Notes under the pieces: model-generated
The model's database searches: none
What the model saw: the letters and a program-made list of their open reading frames with translations, nothing else
Told to the model about the DNA's origin: nothing
Position numbers and translations under genes: made by a program
In this document: piece by piece, positions 24,801 through 37,727 of the stretch
How the letters are laid out: each line of letters begins with the position of its first letter
Numbering within the stretch: the first letter of the stretch is position 1
Assembly: GCA_965202625.1 (NCBI GenBank)
Contig: CBDBBI010000010.1
Span: 2,464,001 to 2,528,000, forward strand
Source: a bacterium
GTDB lineage: Bacteria > UBA8248
Length of the DNA stretch: 64,000 nucleotides
Direction of reading: 5' to 3'

Positions 24801-25513
24801 TCACGGGGCGAGGCGCTCTATCCGCCAGCCGCCGTCCGTCTCCAGGGCGTAGCGCACGCGGTCGTGGAGGCGGCTGTCCCTGTGCCGCCAGAACTCCACA
24901 GAACGGGGGTGAGGAGGTAGCCGCCCCAGCCCGGCGGCCTCGGTACCGCGCGGCCCGCGTATTTCTCCTCCGCCTCGCGCGCGCCTCGCTCAAGAAACGC
25001 CCTGTCGCGTATCGCGCGGCTCTGGGGGGAGGCCCACGCGCCTGTCTGGCTGCCGCGCGGGCGGGAGGCGAAATACGCGTCCGAGACTTCGGCGGGCAGT
25101 TTTTCGGTCACGCCCTCGGCGCGCACCTGCCGGCCCGCCTCTTTCCAGTGAAAGACGAGGGCGGCTCTGGGGTCGCCCTCCAGGTGTGCGGCCTTGTCGC
25201 TCTCGTAGTTGGTGAAAAAGAGAAAGCCCGGCGCATCGACCCCCAGAGTTTCCGGATCCTTATACAGGACGATCCGGGCGGCGGGAGCACCGTCCGGCTG
25301 GACGGTGGCGAGCGTCATCGCGTCTTCGCGGTGAATTCCCGCGCTTTGGGCCTGGGCGTACCAGCGGCGAAACTGTGTGATCGGGTCGCGCGCGACGCGT
25401 GCCGCATCCAGATCTTCTGCCGCCATCTTCCGAAGCAGATCGTCGTTCATGGCGCTCCTCTGCGGTGTTTGCGCATTCTCGGGCGCGTCGGCCCGCGTGG
25501 GGTTCTCGCCCAT
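24801..25513 (-). CDS. pdxH: Pyridoxamine 5'-phosphate oxidase, with a -1 frameshift in a C run near 24908 (real or sequencing error)
   Basis: [44 protein letters not shown]; conserved VEFW..RLHDR..RLAP* lies in the shifted frame. Confidence 0.85.
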
Positions 25514-25595
25514 CAGACGCCTCGCCCAGAGGCTGTCGGGTGCGAATGCGCCTTTTCCGCAAAGTCGAATTGCACAGGGACTCTCATCCGCAGCT

Positions 25596-26255
25596 CTAGA
25601 CGTCGTTCCGGGCGGGATCGTTGGGGTGTGCCCTGTCCGGCATGACGTAGGGAGGGCGCATCTCGAAAATCTCCCCCGTCCGACAGTATCTCGGGCCGCC
25701 CAGCCTGCCCACCGGCCCGAGTTTCGCCGGGTCGATGTATTTGCCCTCCCGCATCAAATCCTCCCGGACGTGCCACCTGAGTACCTCTCCGATGATCAGG
25801 TGCGTCACCCATTCATCGCCGAAGGGAATCATCCGCTCGAAGCGGCACTCCATCGCCACGGGCGCGTTCTTGAGGCGCGGGGCGTCCACCAGGTCGGAGG
25901 GGAGGGTTTCGAGGCCGACGGCCTCAAACTCGCTCTCCTCGGGAGCGTAATTCCCCGCGCTCTGGTTCATCGCCTCCTCCCAGCCGTTCGTCACCGTGTG
26001 AATGACGTAGCCTCTCGTCTCCATAATGTTGCGCGCGGTGTCCTTGGGCTTCTTCTCGCGCTCGCCGACGGAAATGGACGCCATGGGCGGATAGTGAGAG
26101 ACCATGGTGAAGAAGCTGAAAGGGGCGAGATTGGGCACACCCGCCGCGCTCATCGTGCTCACCCAGGCGATGGGCCGGGGGACGACGGAGCCGATGAGCA
26201 GGCGATAGGTTTGCTGGTGATCCATCTCCTCGCTGTCGAAAACGCGGTAGCCCAT
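25596..26255 (-). CDS. Flavin reductase family protein
   Basis: VVPRPIAWVST, NLAPFSFF, KDTARNI, PVGRLGG motifs. Confidence 0.9.
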   Translation of the reverse strand: MGYRVFDSEEMDHQQTYRLLIGSVVPRPIAWVSTMSAAGVPNLAPFSFFTMVSHYPPMASISVGEREKKPKDTARNIMETRGYVIHTVTNGWEEAMNQSAGNYAPEESEFEAVGLETLPSDLVDAPRLKNAPVAMECRFERMIPFGDEWVTHLIIGEVLRWHVREDLMREGKYIDPAKLGPVGRLGGPRYCRTGEIFEMRPPYVMPDRAHPNDPARNDV

Positions 26256-26258
26256 CGT

Positions 26259-27398
26259 TCATCCTTTCGTTGAAAGGGCGGGGGACGCACCCGCCCCGTC
26301 CGCATAGGCGAGTCGTGCGGGCCGGGTGTCCTTCAACAGCGGCATGACCTCACGACCGAAAATCTCCGCCTCCTCCAGATGCGGCCAGCCGGAGAGGATG
26401 AAGTTCCCAACGCCCAGAGCGACGTATTCCCTGAGTGCGTCGGCCACCATCTCGGGCGTGCCCACCAGGGTGGCGGCGGCACCCGAACGCACCTTGTTCA
26501 CCCCCATCCAGAGGGTGTCCGTCAGCCAGGGGGAGCCGCCCTCGGAGAGGGCGTTCATGCGTCGCTGGCCCTCGCTCTCGGAGTGGTTGCGCTGATCCGC
26601 CCAGACGCGCGTGTTCTCGATCGCGCTGTCGGCGATTAACGCCTCCGCCGCGCGGCGGGCCTCTTTTTTGCTCTCACGGCAGAGCACGTGCAGGCGCAGG
26701 CCGAAGCGCAAGTCCTCGCGCCCGCGCGCCTGGGCGCGGCACCGCATGTCCGATACGTCCTCGGCGACCTGGCCCGGCGCCACCGCCCACATCATGTGCA
26801 CGTCGGCGTGCTTGGCGCCCACGCGCCGCCCCGCCTCCGAGCTGCCGCCCAGATATATCGCGGGATGCGGCCTGGAGACCGCCCGGGCGTAGAGGGCGGC
26901 GTTCTCGATTTTGTAGTATCGGCCCGCGTGGCTGACCGGCTCCTCGCTCCTCCAGAGCGCCTTGATGACGTCGAGATATTCCTCCGTCCGCGCGTAGCGC
27001 TCCTCGTGCGCGAGATGATCGCCGTATCGCTTTTGATCCAGAGGGGTCGAGCCGGTCACGACGTTCACCGTCAGCCGCCCGCCCGTGATGGCGTCGTAGG
27101 TGTTCGCCTGCTGGGCGGTGAGTACGGGGCTCATCAGTCCGGGGCGGAAGGCCACGCAGAACCTGATGCGCTCGGTGTGCCCGGCGACGGCCAGGGTGAT
27201 CATCCAGGCGTCGAGGCAGTGGGAACCGGTCGGAACGAGGAGGTTCACGAAGCCGGCACTCTCCGCCGCGCGCGCCACCTCTGTGAGGTATTCCACGGTG
27301 GGAGGACGCTCGGGAACCCTGGCGTTGATCTTCCGCCCGTCGCCGTATCTGCCCGTCGGAAGAAACCATGCGTATTCCGTGGACGCCTCCGTAGGCAT
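26259..27398 (-). CDS. LLM-class flavin-dependent monooxygenase (SsuD/SfnG-like)
   Basis: WFLPT, AAESAGF, VAFRPG, GGRLTVNVVTG, YLGGSSEAG, LVGTPE, FILSGWPHLEEA; the ORF-track extension to 29192 is antisense to ftsH. Confidence 0.88.
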   Translation of the reverse strand: MPTEASTEYAWFLPTGRYGDGRKINARVPERPPTVEYLTEVARAAESAGFVNLLVPTGSHCLDAWMITLAVAGHTERIRFCVAFRPGLMSPVLTAQQANTYDAITGGRLTVNVVTGSTPLDQKRYGDHLAHEERYARTEEYLDVIKALWRSEEPVSHAGRYYKIENAALYARAVSRPHPAIYLGGSSEAGRRVGAKHADVHMMWAVAPGQVAEDVSDMRCRAQARGREDLRFGLRLHVLCRESKKEARRAAEALIADSAIENTRVWADQRNHSESEGQRRMNALSEGGSPWLTDTLWMGVNKVRSGAAATLVGTPEMVADALREYVALGVGNFILSGWPHLEEAEIFGREVMPLLKDTRPARLAYADGAGASPALSTKG

Positions 27399-27629
27399 GG
27401 AACCCTCTGCCCCCCGCGCGGGAACGATGCAAAAAGGCGGCCCGCTTCCAGCCCCCCGCGCCCTGAAAATATGAAAAGAATCGCCTCCATCATTAAGGAC
27501 GAATAGGGTGCGGGACGCAAGCGCGTCGCCGTCCCCGCCAAATTCCCGTATCCATGGGAGTCTGCTATATTCGGGGAGAGGCGCGCGCCGGGTGCGCGCA
27601 TCCGCCGCTTTTCCCCGAAGGAGGGGACG

Positions 27630-29471
27630 ATGAACAAAAAAACGCAATTCTCCATCGGCTATTTCCTCTTCATCTTCGTCATCATGTCCTTGATTCACTC
27701 CCTGTTCTTTCAGGGTGCCCGATACCAGCGGATTCCCTACAACGAGTTTCGCGCCATGGTGAAGGAGGGGGAGGTGGAGCGGGTGGACATCAGGGGAGAT
27801 CGTCTTCAGGGCGTTCTCAGAAAGCGCGATGCGAACGACCGGCAGCGCTTCTTCGAGACGGCGAAAGTGGCGGACACCGAGCTCATCAACCTTCTGGAGG
27901 GTGCGGGCGTCACCTTTCAGGGCCAGTTCGATCCGCCCTGGCTGGTGCGGATGCTCACGAGCTGGGTACTGCCTCTCGGAATTCTCTTCGCCATCTACTT
28001 CTTCGTGCTGCGGCGCATGGGGCCGGGCCAGGGGGTGATGGCTTTTGGCCGGAACAAGGCGAAGATATACGCGGAGAAAGAGGTGGACGCGCGCTTCTCC
28101 GACGTGGCGGGGGTGGACGAGGCGAAGGAGGAGCTCGCCGAGGTGGTGGATTATCTGAAAAACCCGGACCGCTATTTGCGGCTGGGCGGAAAGATTCCGC
28201 GCGGCGTCCTGCTGGTGGGTCCGCCCGGCTGCGGGAAGACGCTGATGGCGAAGGCCGTGGCGGGCGAGGCGGGCGTCTTTTTCTTCAGCATCAGCGGCTC
28301 GGAGTTCGTGGAGATGTTCGTGGGCCTGGGCGCTGCGCGCGTGCGCGATTTGTTCGAGCAGGCGATGGAGAAGGCCCCCTGCATCGTGTTCATCGACGAG
28401 CTCGACGCGCTGGGCAAGGCGCGCGGCGTGGGAAACCTGATGGGCGGCCACGACGAGCGCGAGCAGACGCTGAACCAGCTTCTCGTCGAGATGGACGGCT
28501 TCGACACCCGCAAGGGGGTCATCATCATGGCGGCGACGAACCGGCCGGAGATTCTCGACCCCGCCCTCCTGCGTCCGGGGCGCTTCGACAGGCAGGTGCT
28601 CGTGGACAAACCGGATTTGATCGGCAGGCGCCACATTCTGGAGGTGCACACCAGAACGTTGACCAAGGGGGCGGACGTGGACGTGCAAAGGCTCGCCGAG
28701 ATGACGCCGGGCCTCTCGGGTGCGGACCTCGCCAACCTGGCGAACGAGGCCGCCCTGCTCGCCGCGCGCCATGACAGGGACGCGGTGATGATGGCCGACT
28801 TCGAGGAGGCGTTCGAGCGCGTGGCGGCCGGGCTGGAGAAGAAATCCCGCGTCATGACGACCGAGGAGCGCCGCCGCGTGGCCTATCACGAGTTGGGCCA
28901 CGCCATGACGGCCGAGCTCGTGGGCACGGCGGACCCGGTACAGAAGGTCTCGATCATCCCCAGGGGGCTGGCCGCCCTGGGCTACACCTTGCAGCGCCCG
29001 ACGGAGGACAGGTATCTGCTCTCGAAGAAGGAACTGGAAGATCGGATCGCCGTGCTCCTGGCGGGCCGCGCGGCGGAGGAGGCGGTTTTTGACGAGGTCT
29101 CCACGGGTGCGCAAAACGACCTCCAGCGCGCCACCGACATGGCGCGCTCCATGGTGACCGAATACGGCATGAGCGCGCGCTTCGGCCCCCACGCCCTGCG
29201 CGTCGCGTCGCGCCCGCTGTTTCTGGGCGGGGCGATGAACGGCGCCTCGGGGGATGCCGACATCAGCGAGGCGACCCGGCGCGAGGTGGACGAGGAGGTG
29301 GAAAAGATACTGGACGGGGCGTATGCGCGCGCGATGGGGATATTGCGGGAGCGGCGCGACGATCTGGAAGCCCTCGCCGCGCGATTGCTGAATCAGGAAA
29401 CCATCGGCGGAGACGAGTTGCGGGCTGTGCTCAGAGCGGGGGAGGACGCCCGGGGCGGGGCAGGGCCTTAG
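27630..29471 (+). CDS. ftsH: ATP-dependent zinc metalloprotease FtsH
   Basis: Two TM helices, [29 protein letters not shown]. Confidence 0.96.
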   Translation: MNKKTQFSIGYFLFIFVIMSLIHSLFFQGARYQRIPYNEFRAMVKEGEVERVDIRGDRLQGVLRKRDANDRQRFFETAKVADTELINLLEGAGVTFQGQFDPPWLVRMLTSWVLPLGILFAIYFFVLRRMGPGQGVMAFGRNKAKIYAEKEVDARFSDVAGVDEAKEELAEVVDYLKNPDRYLRLGGKIPRGVLLVGPPGCGKTLMAKAVAGEAGVFFFSISGSEFVEMFVGLGAARVRDLFEQAMEKAPCIVFIDELDALGKARGVGNLMGGHDEREQTLNQLLVEMDGFDTRKGVIIMAATNRPEILDPALLRPGRFDRQVLVDKPDLIGRRHILEVHTRTLTKGADVDVQRLAEMTPGLSGADLANLANEAALLAARHDRDAVMMADFEEAFERVAAGLEKKSRVMTTEERRRVAYHELGHAMTAELVGTADPVQKVSIIPRGLAALGYTLQRPTEDRYLLSKKELEDRIAVLLAGRAAEEAVFDEVSTGAQNDLQRATDMARSMVTEYGMSARFGPHALRVASRPLFLGGAMNGASGDADISEATRREVDEEVEKILDGAYARAMGILRERRDDLEALAARLLNQETIGGDELRAVLRAGEDARGGAGP

Positions 29472-29500
29472 CGTCCCGCGTCATCTTATGCGTGAAATTC

Positions 29501-30673
29501 TCACCCCCCATCGCTCAGCGTGAACGCGGCGTCCGCCGCCGGTATATAGGTCTCCGGAAGCCCCAACTCCTTTTTCACGATGTTCGTCCCCCTGGCGAGG
29601 GCCACCATCTTGTAGAAGGCGTGGCGGCGGCTCATGCCCTCCCGGCCGAAGCCGCAGTCCGTGGAGATGCAGAGCCGCTCGGCGGGAATCGCCTCAAGCC
29701 CCTTGCGGATGAGGGCGGCCACCTCCTCGGGACGCTCCACCTGCAGTCCCCGATGGTTGATGACCCCGATCGCCACCTTGGGCCTGGTGATGCGCTTTCC
29801 GATCTCCGCCAGGTCCATTCCCCCCGTGCTCGCACACTCGAACGTCAGCACGTCCACGTCCAGCCCGTTCATGTGCTCCAGGGCGGGGGCGTAGCTTTTT
29901 GAGGATTCATAAAACCTCTGCTGGGCGGGGTTGCCCCAGCAGGTGTGGCACCACAGCTCGAGCTTCTCCCTGAGGCCCGCCACGCTCTTGTTGAACGCCT
30001 CGACGTAGAACGCCATCGACATCTCCGCATCCTCCGCGTGAAAGTCGAAGCGGTGTACCCAGGGTTCCTCCACCTGAAAAATTTTGCAGCCCGCATCCGC
30101 CAGGCGGTGGAATTCCGCGCGCATGACGCGGCACAGATCCAGACAAAGCTCCCGCCTGTCGTCGTAGAACTCGTTCGATGCGATGGATTCGAGGCAATCC
30201 GCGCTGATGGAGCCGAACTTGAGGGGTTTTTCCGTCATCGCTTGCGCACAGCGCCACATCTGGGCGTATTCGAGGGGGCCTGCACCCACTCTGGCCGTGA
30301 CCCTGGGGAGCATTCGGGCCTCCAGTACCTCGAACATGATCTCTCCGGGGACGGAGCCTCCCCAGGCGGCGTGGCTTCTCGACGTTTCACGTCCCGAGAA
30401 GCCCTCCAGCCTGTCGACGACGTAGCCCACCCAGTCGCGTCCGCCCACGTTGGCGTCGAAGCGCGCGTCCCCGTCCGTCACGATGTCCAGCCCCGCGCGC
30501 TCCTGGTCCCGAATGACGCAGGATACGTTGTCGAGATACTGCTCCCGGAAGTCCGCGTCGATCATCGCCTCCCGAAACGACCTCCTGCCGATGTTCTGGC
30601 GAAACCAGCCGGGCCGGGGCAGGGAGCCCGTGATGGTGGTGGGCAGTATGGCGTCCTTTGTGGCGGTGTACAT
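29501..30673 (-). CDS. Cobalamin-independent methionine synthase II (MetE C-terminal-like) family protein
   Basis: TTITGSLPRP, QERAGLDIVTDG, HTCWGN, STDCG zinc ligands. Confidence 0.85.
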   Translation of the reverse strand: MYTATKDAILPTTITGSLPRPGWFRQNIGRRSFREAMIDADFREQYLDNVSCVIRDQERAGLDIVTDGDARFDANVGGRDWVGYVVDRLEGFSGRETSRSHAAWGGSVPGEIMFEVLEARMLPRVTARVGAGPLEYAQMWRCAQAMTEKPLKFGSISADCLESIASNEFYDDRRELCLDLCRVMRAEFHRLADAGCKIFQVEEPWVHRFDFHAEDAEMSMAFYVEAFNKSVAGLREKLELWCHTCWGNPAQQRFYESSKSYAPALEHMNGLDVDVLTFECASTGGMDLAEIGKRITRPKVAIGVINHRGLQVERPEEVAALIRKGLEAIPAERLCISTDCGFGREGMSRRHAFYKMVALARGTNIVKKELGLPETYIPAADAAFTLSDGG

Positions 30674-30761
30674 CTCGGGTTCCTCCCCTCAAATTGTTCG
30701 CGTCGCGTCTGGAAGGTCCGGCCCGCTCCGCTCTGGCCGCCTCCTGTATTCCGCGCGTCCC

Positions 30762-31757
30762 TTAGAGCCGCATGAGCCGCGCCGGCGTGGCGCGCAGGAT
30801 TTTCTCCTGCGCCTCCCCGGAGAGGCCCGCCCCCTCCACGAAATCCACCACGCGCTCCTGCATCATGTCGTAGGGGTAGTCCGTGCCGCAGACGACGCGC
30901 TCCGCTCCCACCTCCTCGACCATCCACCTGAGCGCGGAGGGGTTGAAGGTGATGACGTCGAAATAGAGGTTCCTGAAGTAGTGGCGCGGCGGATGCGGAG
31001 TGAGTGCCCTCGTCTCCGGACGCGCCTCCCAGGCGTGCTGTATGCGGCCAATCGCCCAGGGGAGGTTTCCGCCGGCGTGGGCGAGCAGTACCTCGAGGTT
31101 CGGGTAGCGCTCGAAGTGCCCCGAGAGGATGAGCCTCGTCGCCGCGATGGTGGTGGCGAGCGGGTTGCCGACGCAGTTCGCCATGTAGAAGGGATACAGC
31201 GGCTTGAAGTCCGCAAAATCAGGGTGAATGAACACCAGCGCGCCGAGCCTCTCCGCGGCGGCCCAGAATTCCTCGTATTGCGGCTCATCGAGCGCGTGGG
31301 CACCGATGCGATCGGAGATGATGCAGCCGAGCAGCCCCCGCTCCATGGCGCGGGCGAGCTCGGCCGCCGCCGCCTCGCCCCCGTTCTGCATGGGCAGGTT
31401 GCAAAGGCCCCGGAAATGATCGGCGTTCTTGCGGCAGAACTCGGCCACGCCGTCGTTTTGCGTCCTGATGATCGCCTCCCCCTCTCTTCCGCCTATCCAG
31501 TAGTAAAAGGTGGGCGGAGGGGGGGAGACCAGCGCCATGTCGAGGCGGTCCGCCCGCATGTCGCGCAGCTTTCGATCCACGTCGGCGAGCTGCGTCCCCC
31601 AGTGCTCCCGCGTCATCTTGGCGTTGTATCGAGAGGAGACCGGCGGAAAGAACCCCTCGAAACTGTCGGCGTGCTGGGGACGGCTTTCGCGCTGCTTGGC
31701 GGCGCGCTCCTCCGCTTCGTGAACGTAGATGTGATGGTGCAGGTCGATGTTGGGCAA
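30762..31757 (-). CDS. Amidohydrolase_2 family (ACMSD-like) protein
   Basis: IDLHHH, FIHP, AHAGG, GTDYPY motifs. Confidence 0.88.
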   Translation of the reverse strand: MPNIDLHHHIYVHEAEERAAKQRESRPQHADSFEGFFPPVSSRYNAKMTREHWGTQLADVDRKLRDMRADRLDMALVSPPPPTFYYWIGGREGEAIIRTQNDGVAEFCRKNADHFRGLCNLPMQNGGEAAAAELARAMERGLLGCIISDRIGAHALDEPQYEEFWAAAERLGALVFIHPDFADFKPLYPFYMANCVGNPLATTIAATRLILSGHFERYPNLEVLLAHAGGNLPWAIGRIQHAWEARPETRALTPHPPRHYFRNLYFDVITFNPSALRWMVEEVGAERVVCGTDYPYDMMQERVVDFVEGAGLSGEAQEKILRATPARLMRL

Positions 31758-32059
31758 AAGGGCTTCCTCCGTTTGGGGGTGCTTGGGGGGCGTCGTCGCG
31801 CCCGCCTGGTTGTCGAGGCGAATATCGATCTGGCCCAGAGGGTAGAATCTGGGGCTTTTGGCGTCAATCCATGCTGCGGTCTCTGGTTTGACGCCCCCGC
31901 TTCAGGGTGAGAAACTGTAATTCGCTCATTCGCGCGTGCGAGGACGTTCGTTGTCTTGTCATGCGGAGGTTGCGGGCTTTCGGGTTTGCGCGCGGAATCG
32001 GACAGGTTCGCGCACCTTGTGGGGAGGAGATTTTCCGCCTGATGGAGGATGGCGAGCAA

Positions 32060-32395
32060 GTGAACCAAGAGGACGCTCCGCCGCTCCCGCGCTCTTATAA
32101 GGGGTTGCGCGCCCTGCAGGCGGAGTTCGCGCGGTATCAGGCGGAGGCGTTTCCCGAACGCGCGCCCCGGTTTTTCGCCCTGGAGCTGGCGGGCGAGACG
32201 GGCGAGCTCGCCAATCTCGAGAAAAAGGAATGGAAGGGCCGCAGGGTGGACGCGGCGGCCTATACAGACGAGGCGGCGGATGTCATGATCGCCGTGATGA
32301 ACTACGCCAACGCGCGGGGGATCGACCTGGGTGCGGCCGTATCTGCGAAGATGGCCGAAATCGAGCGCAGAAGAGGGCGGGACCCCGAAAAATAA
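32060..32395 (+). CDS. MazG-like nucleotide pyrophosphohydrolase
   Basis: ELAGETGELANLEKK..DEAADV..N..GIDL..AV..KM pattern; start uncertain. Confidence 0.75.
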   Translation: MNQEDAPPLPRSYKGLRALQAEFARYQAEAFPERAPRFFALELAGETGELANLEKKEWKGRRVDAAAYTDEAADVMIAVMNYANARGIDLGAAVSAKMAEIERRRGRDPEK

Positions 32396-32443
32396 GCCGC
32401 CGGACCGATTTTTCCAGAACCGACGAAAGGGGATGAAACTCCA

Positions 32444-33253
32444 ATGCCAGGTCTTCCGACCGACTCCGCCGACCTCGCCGACGTGCAGGCGGGCTCCGAT
32501 GCGCGCAACGTCAAGATAGACAAGGTGGGCGTCAAGAACATCCGCTATCCCATCGTGGTGAAGGACAGGGCGAAGGAGGCCCAGCACACCATCGGCAACA
32601 TCAACATGTACGTGGACCTGCCGCACCACTTCAAGGGCACCCACATGAGCCGCTTTCTGGAGGTGCTGAACGAGCACATCGACGCGATCAGCGTGGACGG
32701 CGTGCCGTCCATATTGCGGACGATTCGGGAGCGCCTCGACGCGGAGACGGCGCATTTCTCGGTATCCTTCCCCTATTTCATGGAAAAGGCGGCTCCGGTG
32801 TCGGGTGCGGAGGGCTTGATGGCGCTCGAGTGCGGCTTCGACGCCTCCTCGGGTGCGGTGGACGACTTCATTCTGGGCATCATGGTGCGCATCGCTACGC
32901 TGTGTCCGTGCTCGAAGGAGATCAGCCTGCGCGGGGCGCACAACCAAAGGGGACACGTGCGCATCAAGGTGCGCTTCGACGGCGAGTTCTGGATAGAGGA
33001 GCTCGTGGAGATCGCCGAGAACGCGGGCAGCTGCGCACTCTATCCGATACTCAAGCGCGAGGACGAGAAGTTCGTCACCGAAACGGCGTTCGACAACCCG
33101 CGCTTCGTGGAGGACGTGGTGCGCGAGGCTGCCCTTCTGCTCAGAGACGACAAGCGCATCAGATGGTTTCAGGTGGAGGTGGAGAATTTTGAATCCATCC
33201 ACGATCACAACGCCTACGCCTTCGTCGAGGAGACGGTGAGACGCGAGGGGTAG
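32444..33253 (+). CDS. folE2: GTP cyclohydrolase IB
   Basis: KGTHMSRF, TLCPCSKEIS..GAHNQR, LKREDEK, NPRFVED, ESIHDHNA. Confidence 0.95.
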   Translation: MPGLPTDSADLADVQAGSDARNVKIDKVGVKNIRYPIVVKDRAKEAQHTIGNINMYVDLPHHFKGTHMSRFLEVLNEHIDAISVDGVPSILRTIRERLDAETAHFSVSFPYFMEKAAPVSGAEGLMALECGFDASSGAVDDFILGIMVRIATLCPCSKEISLRGAHNQRGHVRIKVRFDGEFWIEELVEIAENAGSCALYPILKREDEKFVTETAFDNPRFVEDVVREAALLLRDDKRIRWFQVEVENFESIHDHNAYAFVEETVRREG

Positions 33254-33388
33254 GCCGCACTTCATGCGAGCAAGGGCGCCCAGAGCAAGAGGGCGCGCAA
33301 GGCTGCTTCGCCCTTTTCATCTTGCGGAGAAATGCACTATAAAACCCTCCGTGATCGGCATCTTTAGTCGATGGATTCGGAATGGCAT

Positions 33389-37159
<3,771 letters not shown>

Positions 37160-37180
37160 GCGCCCGCTCCCCCAACGCCG

Positions 37181-37209
37181 TTGACGGATCGGGCTTGCGC
37201 GGCTAGATT
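37181..37209 (+). promoter_or_regulatory. Putative sigma70 promoter for tRNA-Leu
   Basis: TTGACG-17 bp-TAGATT. Confidence 0.55.
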
Positions 37210-37251
37210 GCGGGGCGCGACGTTCCGGCCCGGAAGGCCCGCCGGCGGAAT

Positions 37252-37336
37252 GCGAGGGTGGCGGAACTGGCAGACGCGCTGGATTTAGGATCCAGTGCCT
37301 TCGGGCGTGGGGGTTCGAATCCCCCCCTTCGCACCA
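37252..37336 (+). tRNA. tRNA-Leu (TAG)
   Basis: GCGAGGG/CCTTCGC acceptor stem, CTGGA-TTTAGGA-TCCAG anticodon arm, variable arm, GTTCGAATC, encoded CCA. Confidence 0.96.
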
Positions 37337-37505
37337 CAGAAAAATTTTGAATATTTGATAGCCATACCGTGGGCGGTGCTTTGCGCCGCCCGAAATTTTT
37401 GCCATTTCGTTTTCGTATTTGGTTATCTTTATAAAAAATGAAAATATATTGCCTGTATGCGAAAATAGCATTGACATACGATAAATAATGACCATATTTA
37501 TAAAT

Positions 37506-37727
37506 ATGGACAATCAAGAAGGTAAGAAAGAGCGATTTAAGCGATTGGCTTCACGGCGAACCAATGCGGTGCTGCAAAAGCTCAAAGTATTGGGAAACTG
37601 CGCCAACCGCAGCGTTTACGAATACACAGAAGAAGATATTCATAAAATTTTCTCAGAAATTGAACGATTTGTAAGGGAGACGAAATCAAAATTTCACTTT
37701 CCTCACAATAGGAGGTTCAAGTTATGA
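37506..37727 (+). CDS. Small basic helical protein, possible regulator of the islet
   Basis: MDNQEGKKERFKRLASRRTNAVLQKLKVLGN..YEYTEEDIHKIF; ATGA overlap with the next gene; low GC. Confidence 0.7.
   Translation: MDNQEGKKERFKRLASRRTNAVLQKLKVLGNCANRSVYEYTEEDIHKIFSEIERFVRETKSKFHFPHNRRFKL

Noticed and set aside
27399-29192. 977-aa fusion ORF including the LLM monooxygenase
   Set aside because: The N-terminal part is the antisense of ftsH; the real start is near 27398.
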